This document shows, piece after piece, positions 21,641 to 34,448 of a DNA stretch of 64,000 nt. Location: positions 11,346,001-11,410,000 of the forward strand of contig JANJGN010000034.1 in assembly GCA_026770705.1 (NCBI GenBank), written 5' to 3'. The DNA comes from Isurus oxyrinchus. Lineage: Eukaryota. The notes under the pieces were generated by a model. The model ran no database searches, was not told the origin of the DNA, and saw only the letters and a program-made list of their open reading frames with translations. Made by a program: the position numbers and the translations under genes. The first letter of the stretch is position 1; each line of letters opens with the position of its first letter.

Positions 21641-24600
21641 ACCTGGATGATACCATGGAATAAATGGTTGAATTATGGAGATTATGTGATCTTCCATTTC
21701 ATGAGCTTTGGAAGCTGGTGGAAGATCTGAATGGGAAGTTTAATATTATAAGCGGACCTAGTTGATAGAGAAAAAAAATTGCCTCTGCACGGAGGATCAA
21801 GGTTACCAAGACATAGTCTAAATTTTGAAGTTGCTTCGAGGGGAATGAGCGTTTTTCATATGTTGCTCATCACTAGTGCACCAGAAGCTATTAACGGTCT
21901 TCTAATTAAAGTACTGAGTTGAACAACAGAGCAGAGGTGTGGCTGGAGGCCATAATGTTTCACCGTCATAGGCTGCAGGAGGCTTAGAGGAAAGGGCTCA
22001 GTGATCAAAGTAACAAAGTGTGACATCTGAAAATGATTACGGCATTGGTATTGCTCTGTCAGACAGGAAAACCGACTTCCAGAAAGAGAGACAGTGATGG
22101 ATGATGCGAAAATGAATGGTGCTTATCATTACTTTCTAGAGTGATCCGAGAGTAATTCGGCAGCTTCGGTGCGGCAATGTGATGCTTGATGTATCCCACT
22201 GAGATTTGGTTAAGTATAGCTCAACCAGCTGTGTGCAGAAACAATAATGGCAATTGCCTGATGAAATAGAGACAGGTGTCATTGCAAGGGGGACAACCCG
22301 AATTGGAAACAGCAAAGTTATTCCTGGAAACATTAGATTAAACGTGTGGATAAGTTATTGGTTGAATACATTGCCAACTGCAGATGTTTCACGATGAATT
22401 GAAAGGAAGAGGTAAGCCAGCTGACACATTGAAAGCGGCTTCGTCAATGAAAAGCAGACATTTTGTTCTGTTTCCAGAGGAAATCAATAAGGGAAGTGGG
22501 GAGCAATTTGTAAGTGTGTGATGAAGACAATCGACGTCGGGAATCCAGTTCATAGGTGGCACTGTATATCAATAGCAGGAATTATGTGAAGGGAGTGGTT
22601 TACTGATCTCAGAATGGGACTGACTTCAGAGGAGGGAAGGCAAACTGAGCTTAGATGCAGACTAAAATCATAAACGCAAGCAATCGCTCATTAGAGATTG
22701 GGAAACGATATTTAATGGTGCATTATGCTGGTGGCAGTTTAAAAATATATATAAAGGAGACGGAGAGAAGTCTACTGTAACAGCATCCTCATGGATTTGT
22801 TGTCCTCCTGCTGTAGCGAATCGCGAGCCAACAATGCCCTGGAAGTCAGCAAGAAGTTACGGTCTGTGGAAGCAAAATGGAAATAATTTTGATTCTAAGC
22901 ATGTACAAACAATATTTGGTGAAATGCATTACTTTCGGGAAATAGCATCACTTTATTATTTTTCGTAGCAGCATTCTAAGCTGCTGCAAGGGTGAAGTCT
23001 ATTGATGATGCGTCATATTATATAACCCACCAGAATCCACTTGGAAACAAGATATGATGTGTGTCCAGAAAATATAATTACTTGAATGCTGGAAATTAGT
23101 AACAATTGGATTTGTTTCTTCAGCAATGCACAGTTGGAGTTCATGCCTGATAGAGGATCATTCAATGTTATTTTAAACAATGTGTTTGAAAATTGATCTC
23201 CAATGATGTTGCTCAGGTGCGGATTCGTTGGCATAACAATAGAGTCCAGGGACAGCGCATGACAGGAACTGGTTTGCACAAACACAGGTACGGTTTACAC
23301 CGTGGGTTGCAGGTTAATCAAGAGCATAAACATTGAATTTCCTACTCTCCCCATCTTCAATGTCAGATACTTGGTAGAGCTGCTAGTAACAACATATCAT
23401 ATTTTCAAACTTCCGAATATGATATTTACTCAGTGTGGAATCATTTGGAACTGCACTTTCTTTCCAAGCCAAGATGGTCAATATGTCCTGCAGAGGTTGG
23501 CCGCCAAAGCTCAGCAAGCCTGATAAGTGGATTCAGAAACTGCCACGCTATCTCGTGATGCCAAAACGATAAAGTCCAGACTAGGAGATTTCACCCACCT
23601 ACACCCTAAGACCATCGAAAGGACATTTTGAATTAAAATTGCCTTTATTAAATAAAGTCAGCGATGGCATCAACCCTACTCATGATGAACGTCTTCCAAC
23701 AAGAAACCAGGTTATGGATAATTTAACCAACACCATATTTGGAAAGGGGAGCTGTGAGAAGTCAAATGTTGGGTAGACATGTCTGTTCTGGCTTCATCTT
23801 TAAGTATTGTGTGCTGAGCCACAGGATCAGCAGAAAGGGCAGGACGTTAATGTCTGCAGACTGTAAAACTATAAGGTCTTCAAGCCTGTTCCTTTTCAGG
23901 AACACCAACACTGAAAACTGATGTTCTGGTAAAGAGACTAGAAGCATTCGTGCCCTGAAAAAAGTCAATCTCTTCGATAGAATCCTGATAACCACCTCAG
24001 CACGTGACTCCGGCTGTTGAACTTAGTTTCAGAGCCTGAGGAGAATATACTTCATCTGATGTTTTAAAAAGTACATTATTCATCGTCATGACCACTGATC
24101 ATGGAACCAAATTACTTACAACATGTTGAAACTTTCAGTAACTATTATTTTTTTTTAATTGCCCCACAAACATAAATTGGCTAGTACTGTAATGCCACCA
24201 TTTGCCGGAAAATTCCGATGTGGATTGCACTTGTCCAAATAGTCCAAAAGACAGAATATTGCACCTAATCAATGTTTTCCAGAATAGGGCAGTCACGTCA
24301 ATCATGAATTAATCATTTTCTTTATAACTTTTAGAAGAGCACTAGGCACTTCAATTGCACATTCTCTGAGTGCATATTTGCATGTAAATGTGTGAGTAAA
24401 GGCTATAATGTTAGATTGAGCGTGAAAATAAGCAATTATCTTTATTTAAACGCACAATCAGGAGGCTACCGGTTATTCAACTTGTCCACACTTTCAAGGG
24501 ATAATAAACACGTGTCTTTCCTTCAAAATGTTACTGATTACAGACAACTGGGAAGGGAGCAGAGATTTCCCTGCTTCTCTCGGTCACACTGTCCGTAACA

Positions 24601-25099
24601 GCCTCCGCCCACATCCCACCTGCTCATGTCATGCTTCTCAAGGCGCGGGACAAATTGAAGCTAACTTCACCCAGATCTTTGGTGTTCATTACGTGGCATG
24701 GGCTTATCACTGGAATCAAGAGTGATCACGAATCTGGAGCATTAATACTGTTACCTTAAATCAGCTTTCTCAGTTTGTGCTTTGTTTGCATTTTGCAAGG
24801 GAGTCTTAAGTTTTTGGCCCAGAGCAACAACATTTTGCATAACGAGCCAAAGATAAACACTCAGTTCACAATATAATCAAACTACAAGTGTTATTCTCAA
24901 CCGCACACCCCGAGTTCAACCTCCTCAGTGGCAAGTGTTTAAACGGGACTCACGAGATAGGGTCATTTGTGAGCCAGCAGAGAAAAAAATTGCCATAAAA
25001 TTATTATTATTTTGTTGTAAAGCCTGACGAGTTCAGTAATGCCCTTTGTGGCAAATAGCATTTCACACCATTCGCTCTATATCAAGCTATAAGTTTTGG

Positions 25100-25124
25100 C
25101 TACCACTGAATACTATGAGGACAC
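25100..25124 (-). CDS. Gene C candidate terminal coding exon (R)CPHSIQW*
   Basis: Nearest acceptable phase-2 acceptor (tgtgatctccag); other terminal exons are possible. Confidence 0.3.
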
Positions 25125-25442
25125 CTGGAGATCACAATTGAACACTGCCTTGTCATGTGATATTCCTGCCTTGTGAAGAAATGAGGAGACAAGACGCTGT
25201 GGATACCGAAAGGATGGCTCCCCTTTGAGGGAGAAAGTGGATCAATGAGACAGAGTTTTAAAATAAGGGTCATAATCAGTGCAGCCACGAACTTATTAAA
25301 TAGTGGAGGAGATTGGAAGGAGCCGAATGGATTTCTCAGGCTCCTGATTCGTCTGCACGTTTGTTCTTAAATGGAAAATCCTACATTCCGTTTGCTTTTT
25401 TAAAAGATGGCAGATGACGTGTGAAATGTTCTTTCAACATAC

Positions 25443-25486
25443 CTCATCAAGTCACTGTAAACCGACCGATCGTGCACTTGTAATCC
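25443..25486 (-). CDS. Gene C cytoplasmic exon GLQVHDRSVYSDLM(R), second half of the ITAM
   Basis: attttaacag / 44 nt / gtatgt; phase 0 to 2. Confidence 0.9.
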
Positions 25487-25616
25487 CTGTTAAAATTAAT
25501 AATATATTTGTTTTTTTAGTGAACAACAATAGAGTGCGTTAAAAGAGAACTGAGGTGAAATATAGGATAAATAGTCAGTAAATGAAATAAAAGAATGCAC
25601 AAAATAATATCCTGAC

Positions 25617-25658
25617 CATATAAGTAGAGTCTTCCTCAAGTGGTTTTGTAGCTTGCTC
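25617..25658 (-). CDS. Gene C cytoplasmic exon EQATKPLEEDSTYM, first half of the ITAM
   Basis: gcatttttacag / 42 nt / gtcagg; phase 0 to 0; joins the next exon to give STYMGL-x7-YSDL. Confidence 0.88.
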
Positions 25659-26134
25659 CTGTAAAAATGCAATTTGAAAAACGAAATATGAGCAGGTACA
25701 CAAGATTTCCATGTAATTACTTCATAATTTAGAACGATTAGAATGTCATATATCCCACAATAAAAGTTCTACCAATTTCCCTAAAATAACTAGCCCCAAA
25801 TTAAATTTCAGGGGTGAATGTTCATTACTAACACGTGGTGAAAGAGGAGAAACAGCATACAGAATATTCATTTCACTCAGCACTCGGTTATCATGACTGT
25901 AGTAAAATTGAAAATTGACGCCAATATTCCATGCTGCAACAGGAGCATTGTTTGATAATCTTATAAAAACAGGAACCAGTCCACTAACCGAGTAAGGCAA
26001 AGAACACCGAAACCCCTACCCTAGTCTGACTTATTGCCGAATCGAGTTTACTCCGATTGCATGAACAATGACATTGTTATCCTCACTGGAATGAACTCGC
26101 CAATGTGACCATGTTTTAATACAATTGTACCAAC

Positions 26135-26199
26135 CTTTTGCTTTCTTGGAATATTTTCGTAGGCCGATGCTGAATTCTCCCCTATTGCAGCAGGGCTGC
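26135..26199 (-). CDS. Gene C cytoplasmic exon (S)SPAAIGENSASAYENIPRKQK
   Basis: tttttcattctcacag / 65 nt / gttggt; phase 1 to 0; YENI motif. Confidence 0.88.
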
Positions 26200-26249
26200 C
26201 TGTGAGAATGAAAAACAGTTAATCACATCTCCACATATAATCGCAGAAG

Positions 26250-26650
26250 CATACAATGACAGAGCACAATCGGAGGTCTTTTAGCCCACCATGCCAGTAT
26301 CAGCTCTTTGAAGGTGAAATACAATTAATCCCATTCCTCAAACATTTTCGCACACCCTTGTAAGTAAGCTTCCTTAACGTGCATTTCCAACGTCCTTGTC
26401 AAACTGATATTCAATATGATTCCAACAGATGTTCATGTTATGCAACCCGATCATAGCAATTCGCTGCCTAAATATAAATTTACGCCTCACGCAGCTGTCT
26501 TTTTGGGAACTAGATTTCATTTTTACCTCATATGGCTGCTTACAGTTTCTCCTAATTTCCTCTATCACGATATTTCGCGATTTTGAACACCTCTGTAAAA
26601 TCTCCCATCAGCCTCCCTGCTTTAAGGAGAATAAGCCCAGCTACTCCCAT
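26250..26650 (-). mobile_element. Intronic CR1 3' fragment
   Basis: ggaggtcttttagcccacc...ttttgaacacctctgtaaaatctccc...aaggagaataagcccagc. Confidence 0.65.
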
Positions 26651-27573
26651 TCCTCCACGGAGCTACTTCTGTAAATCTGCAGTACACACTTCTCAAGACA
26701 GTAACATTAGTCCTGAATCATTGAACCATGTACATGCCAATAGAGTGAGAACGGTTGCTTCATGTTCTGAGGAATTGCAGCTTTTGTTTCTTAGTTTTCT
26801 CTTTCTGTTTACTGGGGTGGACTCCGTTCGTGCTAATTTAATGATTACTTGAGTTGTAGGGTCAATTTTACGAACTAAGGGTACACGTGGAACAGCCGTA
26901 ATCAAGGAATGAAAATTGGTGGGAATCTAGTTCTACTTTTTTCAATATAACGCAGAAGAGATATCAAATCGGCTGCTGGTTCGCCATCATCTATTCTACA
27001 TTAGAGAGATGCGCGGAATTGTCCTAGGTATTTCATCATGTGGGTGTTCCTGAAGCTGACAGATTCACACTTTGAGCACCCAAGTAGCAGAAAACACAAT
27101 GGTTAGTTCCAGGCAAAACCTTTGTCTCACCGTCAGCTCTGTATGTGTACACAAATCTATTCGGTTTTGAACTTTCACGAGGAATGTACAACTCACTGTA
27201 AAATGAAGCATTCGCATGAAAATAGATACAGAAGCATATATTGGATGTTATTGGTGTCAACGTATTTTCAGTCAGATATAATTTGCACGAACGATTGCTT
27301 CTTTTCACCATTCACAAGTTAGTGAAACCTATATGAAACAGAATGTTGAGCGATAGCCATGTTGATCTGAACTTTTTTTCAAATAGTGTTTAGTGCTGGG
27401 CAATTGTGCATAAAAGTGCTCAACAAGCACAAGATTATCTAAATTGATGTGCAAACTTAAAGATTCATAAATCTGCCCGATGTATGCTTATTTGAATGAA
27501 CTTCAACTCATAAAGCACTATTGACCCCTGCAACCAGACATTCAACATGGAAATGCTAAAGTATTTCACTTAC

Positions 27574-27629
27574 TATTTTCTGTTGGATTAATGTTTGTAG
27601 CATTTTGCCCTTGCGTTGGTTGTTGCATC
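27574..27629 (-). CDS. Gene C first cytoplasmic exon (W)MQQPTQGQNATNINPTEN
   Basis: catttctttag / 56 nt / gtaagt; phase 2 to 1, matching both neighbours. Confidence 0.88.
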
Positions 27630-27799
27630 CTAAAGAAATGTAGTGCAACATAATAAAATAAACATTTTCAGGACGATATAATATTGCAATCATGATCTGC
27701 AACAGAAATCCTATTTGTTAATGTCTTATTATTAGTGAAAAATATCTTCCTAACTGGAAGGAACAAATTTCATTCATGCTGGGCAACATCGATATTCCT

Positions 27800-27930
27800 T
27801 TATTCTTTTGCCGGACGTGGGCGTCGCTAGCTGAGCCAGCATTTTTTATTGCCTATCCCTAATTGCCCTTGAGAAGACGGTGGTGAGCCGTCTTCCTGTG
27901 CCGCTGCTGTCCATATGGCGTAGGAGCACC
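27800..27930 (-). mobile_element. Short LINE 3' tail fragment
   Basis: gtgggcgtcgctag...gccagcatt...gcctatccctaattgcccttgagaag, same tail as the 39770 element. Confidence 0.7.
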
Positions 27931-28214
27931 TAAAACAGTTTGAGTATTTGGAAGATGCAAAACTGAGTAACTGCATCAGCAACAGTAGTGGGGTGTTATC
28001 ATACCAGAGTGGGGAACTAACAGTAGGTGATTTTTGTCAGTCAGAAACATAAACGATTATTATTGACTGTGTAAACCTGACTTATAAGTATATAGACTTG
28101 GACAGACACATAAACATATTTTGAAACAACTTTTTGCGCATTTCCTTTGATTCAATTCATCAGGCTACAGACAAACTACTAAAGGTGCAGATAACATTTA
28201 CATAGACTATTTAC

Positions 28215-28338
28215 CAGCATGCTTTCTTTTTGATCAGCCACGCGCATATCCCACCGATCGTTCCCAGAATAAGTAGAACAGCAATCACGATGCCTGCTTT
28301 GTGACCACTGCCTAATTCAGTGGTGGAGGAATGTTGTC
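28215..28338 (-). CDS. Gene C transmembrane exon QHSSTTELGSGHKAGIVIAVLLILGTIGGICAWLIKKKAC
   Basis: ttattgcattttcag / 124 nt / gtaaat; phase 1 to 2; AGIVI start as in CEACAM-type TM exons; KKK stop-transfer. Confidence 0.92.
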
Positions 28339-29149
28339 CTGAAAATGCAATAAGAACAGATATTGAAATTAATATCAAATGCCGGAATCAATTAAACTCC
28401 TGTAGCAATGGGCCAGTATTTAAACACATTTTGCCATAGCGCTTGCTTGCTGCTAAATTTCAACAATCCAAGGAATAAAAATGGCCATCACAGTGTTCTT
28501 TCGAGCCAATGTGACACGTCATTTAAATACAAGCCTCTGCACCTGCAAGGGCAGCAAGGTAATTGAGTCTTTACGCTCTTGATCCCAAAATATTTTTAAA
28601 AATTTTCTCTACAGCTCTTAATGGGCCAAACAATTGCTGAGCTCAATGAATTCAATCCCGACTGTTGGCCGTGTTGTCTTCCAATTTTTCAGGAAGCGTT
28701 TCGTTTGATTCCCAAAAATATTAATTCCTTTCCTCAACTGAAGCCTACATTTCACATCTTGTCAACTTTCTTTTTCTTGTGTCTTGAAACCAGTTGGATT
28801 TCCCTTGGCAGTCCCCTTCTGTTTCTCATCTACCTGATGCATCAGTGGCAACATGCCAAAACATATAGCTAGATTTTATGGGGCGCTATGGTCCCCATAC
28901 CCAGGAGTGAATAAATCGCGAACCAGCCAATCCACACTGCTGGCCCCTGCATGGAATTTCCTATGCCGAGCAGACAGATTGAGGGATAAGTGCGATGTTG
29001 GGGTGGGAGAGGGGCTGAAGTGGACAAGCCAGTGTTGGGAGAGGAAAAGGGAGACGGAAGACCTGCCGGTCCCTCCAATGCGCTATAAAATTGGCCATAT
29101 CTAATGTCTTGAAAACAGGGTGCTAGCCATTTGCCCATCGTCAAAATGG

Positions 29150-29540
29150 ATGCAGAAACAGACCGCATTAAATCTACTCCTCAGGGAAATGTTCACTGTG
29201 TAATGGACAAAGTCTCAATGTGCCAAACGCCACCACTTTTGGACGAGGAAAGTGCACTTTCTAACTCAAGTTACCTGGGATAGGCAATATTTCTCAAAAC
29301 TTTGACCACCCGTAAAAGCAAGCCGTTTCTCGCTGCTACCATGCAGTGTCTCCGTGAATGGTATTTTCCACTAACAAGATGCTGCCTCAGCCCAAAAAGA
29401 ATGCTCTGCCTATCACACAACTGAGCACCGCCATGCATCAATTGCAGTGCCGTTGTGATGCCATATGTGTAGGCCGTATGTCCCAGTGATTGGCTGATCG
29501 AATCAAGCAGCGTGTTATATTGGTTGTTCATAAGAGTGTT
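29150..29540 (+). mobile_element. Intronic Penelope GIY-YIG remnant
   Basis: QCRCDAICVGRMSQ*LADRIKQRV, homologous to the element at 7629-8039. Confidence 0.75.
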
Positions 29541-29723
29541 AAACGTTAAAAACAAAGGTAAAAGTACAGCCTAGGGAACAGATACTGATATCTTGAAGTA
29601 GCATAACCTAATATGGCCAAACTGAAACCTAAATATAATTTTGATATGCACAGTACGTCTTTAATCTGGAAATCTGTAATTGCAATGCTTGTTATTCCGA
29701 CGATGCATTTGGCAACAACTCAC

Positions 29724-29789
29724 TTTGCACATCCTCTTGTGTGTTGAGTTTCTCTGGGCCACTGACTAAATCCAAGTGACCCTGTCCTC
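29724..29789 (-). CDS. Gene C short extracellular exon (G)GQGHLDLVSGPEKLNTQEDVQ
   Basis: ctgctctcctttag / 66 nt / gtgagt; symmetric phase 1-1, open. Confidence 0.75.
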
Positions 29790-30951
29790 CTAAAGGAGAG
29801 CAGCACTAACACAGAACAACTGAACCCACAAATGATAACGTGTATGGCGGTAAAGTGGGATTAGTGTCGCAGAATTGAGTTCCCACAGCTATATACATTC
29901 TTACAGCAATGAGTGGTTCTCCCTCTTTAGTGTACTGGAGATGGACAGTGTATAGGCAAGCGAGGGAATTCATGCCTTTGATTTTTAAGACTACAGCCCT
30001 GTATCTGCGAAATGCTGAGTCAAGCACAGTGGTTTGCCTATTGAAGCCACGCTCTAATTGCACCAAGCAAAGCAAGGGGGAAAACAGCCCAGTAATAATT
30101 ATTTATATATATATATATTTGGTCACTCAAAGATCAAACGTAAGATTTTTCCCACAAGAAAATCAGCGCTTCTAATTTGAGGAGAAATATTTGTTAAAGC
30201 AAGTCAGAAATAGTTATTTTTAAAATAGCATTGGTGTATGTAATTGGGAAATCATTGCATGAGCAAAATTTATTTCTATTTATGCTTCGCAGTCTTCAAA
30301 CTGAGCCTGTTACTGCATAAATAACAGATGTTTATGCATTTTGGTAGTAAAATGTCAGAGCCTCTCCATGCACATGGAACGCGATTACCGAGTCTCTGCT
30401 CATTCTTACAAACTTCACCAGTTCACCTCTTCGCAATGTTCATATTCAAGTAAATATTAATGATGTCACATGCTTTCGGAAAAAAAAAACATCTAAGTTT
30501 AGCGAAGTTCCGGATTTTCGGCAGCCATAGCACAATTTAGATAAATTCACAAGTAAACACCAGAATTGTGAAATTGAACCTGGGAGGGACGTAAACCAGG
30601 TAATATTATACATATTTCCAGTTACAAGCCTCGCACTAAATTCAGGTCCATTTAAGTATATGAAATTCATTATTGAACGTGGTGAATAACAAGAGAGAAA
30701 TGCAACACCGCCCAGCATGCATCCTTGTCCGGTCTAATATCCCTCGCTAATAATTGGCGCACTAACATTTTAGGATAAGTCGATGTCTACATGATAAATA
30801 TCCGAAATATGAGTGCATGTTAACAATTGTGTTTTAGCTTGTTACAGTCTATATCTATTCTGGTTGTGGTTGACTTGCAGTAACACAGCACAAGTTTGAA
30901 CCATCCCTGATTAATTCAGTTTTTATTTGTAATAAAAAAACTTGCAAATAC

Positions 30952-30988
30952 CAGTCAGCATGAATAGAGAAAAGATATAATCCTGCAT
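30952..30988 (-). CDS. Gene C leader exon MQDYIFSLFMLT(G)
   Basis: atcATGc start, hydrophobic core, phase-1 donor CTG/gtattt; a possible acceptor at 31054-31055 implies an upstream exon. Confidence 0.65.
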
Positions 30989-31189
30989 GATCAATCTGGA
31001 TGAAGCTACTTGTGAAAAACCTTGGAAAGGGCAATGCAGAGCGTTTCCTCGAACTGTAAGCAAGATTTCAGAAAAGTGTCAGTCAGAAGCAGAAGAGTTA
31101 ATTACAAGCATCGGGGCTACGGGCCCTGGGTTACCAAAAGAATTAAACAGGCTGCAACGTTCAACAATGTACGCTGACATTTCTTGAAA

Positions 31190-32345
31190 CATGCAAGGAA
31201 GAAGAGCATTCGGCCCAAGGTGCCTTGCCGACTCATTCAACTGTCCATCCAAATTGCCTCACTCCCTTGATCCTGCTCAAGGTGACCTTAAAATGTATAT
31301 TCAATTCATTTACGGAAAAATAATATTGCATTTGTTTTCATCACACTAAGACGGAACACTCCAGACTTCTGCAATTTTCTGCAAAGAAAATGATTCTCAT
31401 CTCCCCTAGCTGTTTCGCCAATTATCGTAAATCTGCATTGTCAAGTTGCCTATTCTCCAACCAGTTTCCCCTCATTCACTCTATCAAGCCCGGCATAATT
31501 TTGTAACCTCTACTTTACCTCATTCACAGGAAATCCGAAATTCTTTTGAGTGTGCACACCCCTGAAGTTACTCATCCCATATATCATTCTGTTAAGTGCC
31601 CCCTCCTACCTCCACAAAAGATCAGCGTACTTCGCAACGTATGGTGCAGTGAAAGGACATATAAATGTCGAGTGTAAAGTACTGAATGTAGGAAGACAAA
31701 GATAAATGGATGAACATGCCCTGCAAAGTATGTTGGTGCAAAACCATTAGCATCGAATTAGCGTAGTGAATGCAATTAAGTTGAATTTTCGCAGGAAGAA
31801 CACGACAGTAGGTAAAAAAATCAAAGGTAAAATTCAAAAGGAGTTTCGGGAGCAGAAAGGCCTGAGGTATATGTATGCATAAGTCATTGAATATGACAGG
31901 ATCAGTTGAGTGAGTGCTTAGTAAATATACCTAGGCTTTATTAATGACGGCATTGAGTTATGTTAAACTTGTATAGTACACTGGACCTGCCTCAGCTGCA
32001 GTATTGCGTCCAATTTGAACGCACTACACTTAAGGAAAGACCTGAATGCGTTTGAGTGTGTGCAGATAAGTTTCAAGAAATGGTTGCAGTGTTGAGAAAT
32101 TTCAATTATCTTGAAAGTTTCAACAGGTTAGGACTTACAGGGAGAATAGAAGTTGAGAACTGGTTTGATTAGAGGGAGAAAATCATGGGGCACTGAAAAG
32201 CGTAGACCGTGAAAAATGCTCACATTAGTGGAAGGATTGAGGACAAAAGAAGCATCGAAGACATGAGGAAAAACTTTGTCAAGCAGCTAGCGGTTGAGAT
32301 CTGGAATGCTTGACCAGAGATTGGGCGGAGGGAGGTTCAATCGAG
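31190..32345. mobile_element. Two decayed CR1 fragments (minus ~31190-31600, plus ~31700-32345)
   Basis: gcattcggccca...; ttatgttaaacttgtatagtacactg...cagctgcagtattgcgtccaatt...gagatctggaatgc. Confidence 0.65.
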
Positions 32346-32620
32346 CCACGTGGTAACGACATTGGAATTGTATTTCAGAAGCCCAGGCGAACTGTATGAC
32401 GTAGTGAGTTCAAATTCCACCGTGGCAGCCAGAGAAATTTTAATTCAACAAATAAATTTGTAATTGAAATCTAGGGTCAGTCATGGTGACTATGAAAGCA
32501 TCATCAATTTTCTTAAAAACCCATTTGCTTCACTCATTTTTATTCGGGGAGGAAATCTGCAACCCTGCCCTCGCTAACAGGCCCACGTTTAATCGGGGTA
32601 TCTGTTCTACAATGAAAGCC
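32345..32620 (+). mobile_element. tRNA-SINE of the same family as 230-612, truncated
   Basis: gagttcaaattccacc...atggtgactatgaa...gaggaaatctgc. Confidence 0.65.
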
Positions 32621-32739
32621 AGTCCAGCAAGCATCCAGTTCACTCAAAGATCTGTGGCGTCTGCGGGTGCGTTAAGATATACGAGTCATGAAAGCTTCCT
32701 GGGTATCTAGCACAAACATGTCGGGTCTGCCTTCTGTGA

Positions 32740-33600
32740 TCACAAATAAGCTGGGCGTTCAGAAACTGAAATTCTTTCCAGTTGATGAATTTCACAGGCG
32801 GCTGACAGGGAACTCAGAGGGCTACATGTGTGCAGCAGATGGCGCCCTGCACTTGTGGGTAACCACATATTGATGTGAATACAACAGCTCTGGCAGCCTG
32901 GCTTTTGCAACCATCGTGGAGCTTACAGGTGAGCTCTATTGAAAAAGGTATCTGCCAAATGTAATATTTCCCACATGACCCATTGGAGCCCTGGAATTAT
33001 CTGCTGGCAAAAAAAGTGAAGCGAAGCTGTTACCTTCAAAGCCAGCTGCATGGGATGCCCTCCAACTCCTTGCAGCATCAGTTGTTCACGGAGAAGGTGG
33101 CAAAAGTGAACTACCAAGTTGCTGGACAACCGAAGGCGACTGCAGCATTGTCATCTCTACATTCCCGTATATCTGCGGAGATTTCTGTATACCAGTGGTG
33201 GGCCACTGGTGTACAATGAATTATCCTCTCTTTGGGAGCACCTTGGATTCTTGGGACGCCGCTGCTTCTTGTAGCTCATGTCGCTGCACTCTCTGGGCCT
33301 GTATGAAACGCCAATGGGTCCTTCTTCTCCTCATTGCATTAGAACGATAATCAAGGCCGGTTGCCTGCATCCGGCATTCTGCACTTTCAATTGTCTCTGT
33401 CAATGAATGCATTTCAGAATTTACTGAAACTTTTCCTTCACAGGTTTCCTTCCACCTCTGGGCCAGGAGGCCAATGCAAAGACTTTGGCCTGAACTCCCT
33501 CTGGATGTGCATCCTCAGGCCTCCCCTTGAAAGTGTCGAACATACTGGGGGACCACAAGTGGCCGATCCTGCCCTTCAGACATGACTGTGCATGACTACG
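32740..33600 (-). mobile_element. PIF/Harbinger transposase 5' remnant
   Basis: FCHLLREQLMLQGVGGHPMQLALKVTASLHFF resembles the N-terminal region of HARBI1-type transposases. Confidence 0.65.
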
Positions 33601-33617
33601 ACCATGTGCGAGAACCC

Positions 33618-34448
33618 TGTCATGAAGAGGTATTAATGTCTATAGTGTCACTGGAAAATATGTTAAAATTACAATTAGTGCAATCTGCATCTACATGTGT
33701 GCCTAAGCGTATGTCTGCGTGTGTCCTAACTTGGTTAATGCCAGCTAGTCTGAGTGATTTGATGCATGGTAGCTCAAGATGTTAATTGGATAAATAGGTG
33801 AAAGGCCATTTTCGATTAGCATTTGTTGAATAAACCATTCAAAAGAATGGTTAAAATCTTACAACCAGATGGGAGATGCCAAGCAATGCGTTTATATTAC
33901 GAATAAAATCGATGCAATGAAAGGATTATCATTTAGAGAGGTAAAATTAAAAACCTAGCAACACAATAAAAACTCTGCATTCAAAGCAGATGCTAGGTAT
34001 ATACAGAAAGAAGTTTGTATCTATAAGTCAGAGGCATTTAAGATCTAACCAGCCTGTAAACCAACAACTGTGTCTGCAAAGGAAGCAGATTGAAAGGATC
34101 CTCACATTGAATTCTTAAGATCAAATGTGCTTTGTCTGATGTCTGTTTGAAGTCTCTGCATTATTAGTGCCATGGTGAAGTTTTACCTGGAAGTGAATAA
34201 TGTTGGATTTGTTTAAAAGATATTGTGCGAGTCATTTGTGGAAACGTATATGCACTTAATTTGTTGTTAACTTAATAAACGTTTAATTTAGTTTTATACA
34301 AAAAAACCTCTTTAGGCCTGGTGGTTTTATTCCTGATTTCAGAGCTGCATTTCAAACACACGAATTAGAAACATAGGTCATGACCGTTGTTCAAGTATCC
34401 TTATGGGATTTAAACAACTCAGCCTTTAGCAACTGCCGTGTCATAACA
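33618..34448 (+). mobile_element. Probable solo LTR nested in the Harbinger remnant
   Basis: TGTCATGA...TCATAACA terminal inverted repeat (7/8), internal AATAAA at ~34274; no clear TSD. Confidence 0.6.

Larger units (their letters stand above)
1..22730 (+). repeat. Copy 1 of a ~41.3-41.5 kb tandem segmental duplication (left end runs off the window)
   Basis: Colinear near-identical ORF pairs, e.g. 34/41530, 1812/43285, 4080/45369, 11121/52386, 21340/62605; offsets 41265-41496. Confidence 0.98.

Noticed and set aside
23000-23520. Possible decayed Ig exons on the minus strand (GSLKI..., ITLND.SGM...CIAE)
   Set aside because: Fragmentary motifs across frames with stops and no clear splice sites
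25861-25896. 36-nt poison exon (TCA TGA) that would truncate gene C before the ITAM
   Set aside because: Weak donor (TCT/gtatgc) and no independent support
30446-30718. ORF LGGVAFLSCYS...(NSGV/FTCEF in other frames) as a hidden Ig exon of gene C
   Set aside because: No suitable acceptor, no C-strand Trp, Cys spacing too short, motifs in different frames; at most a heavily decayed relic (an HMM search would settle it)
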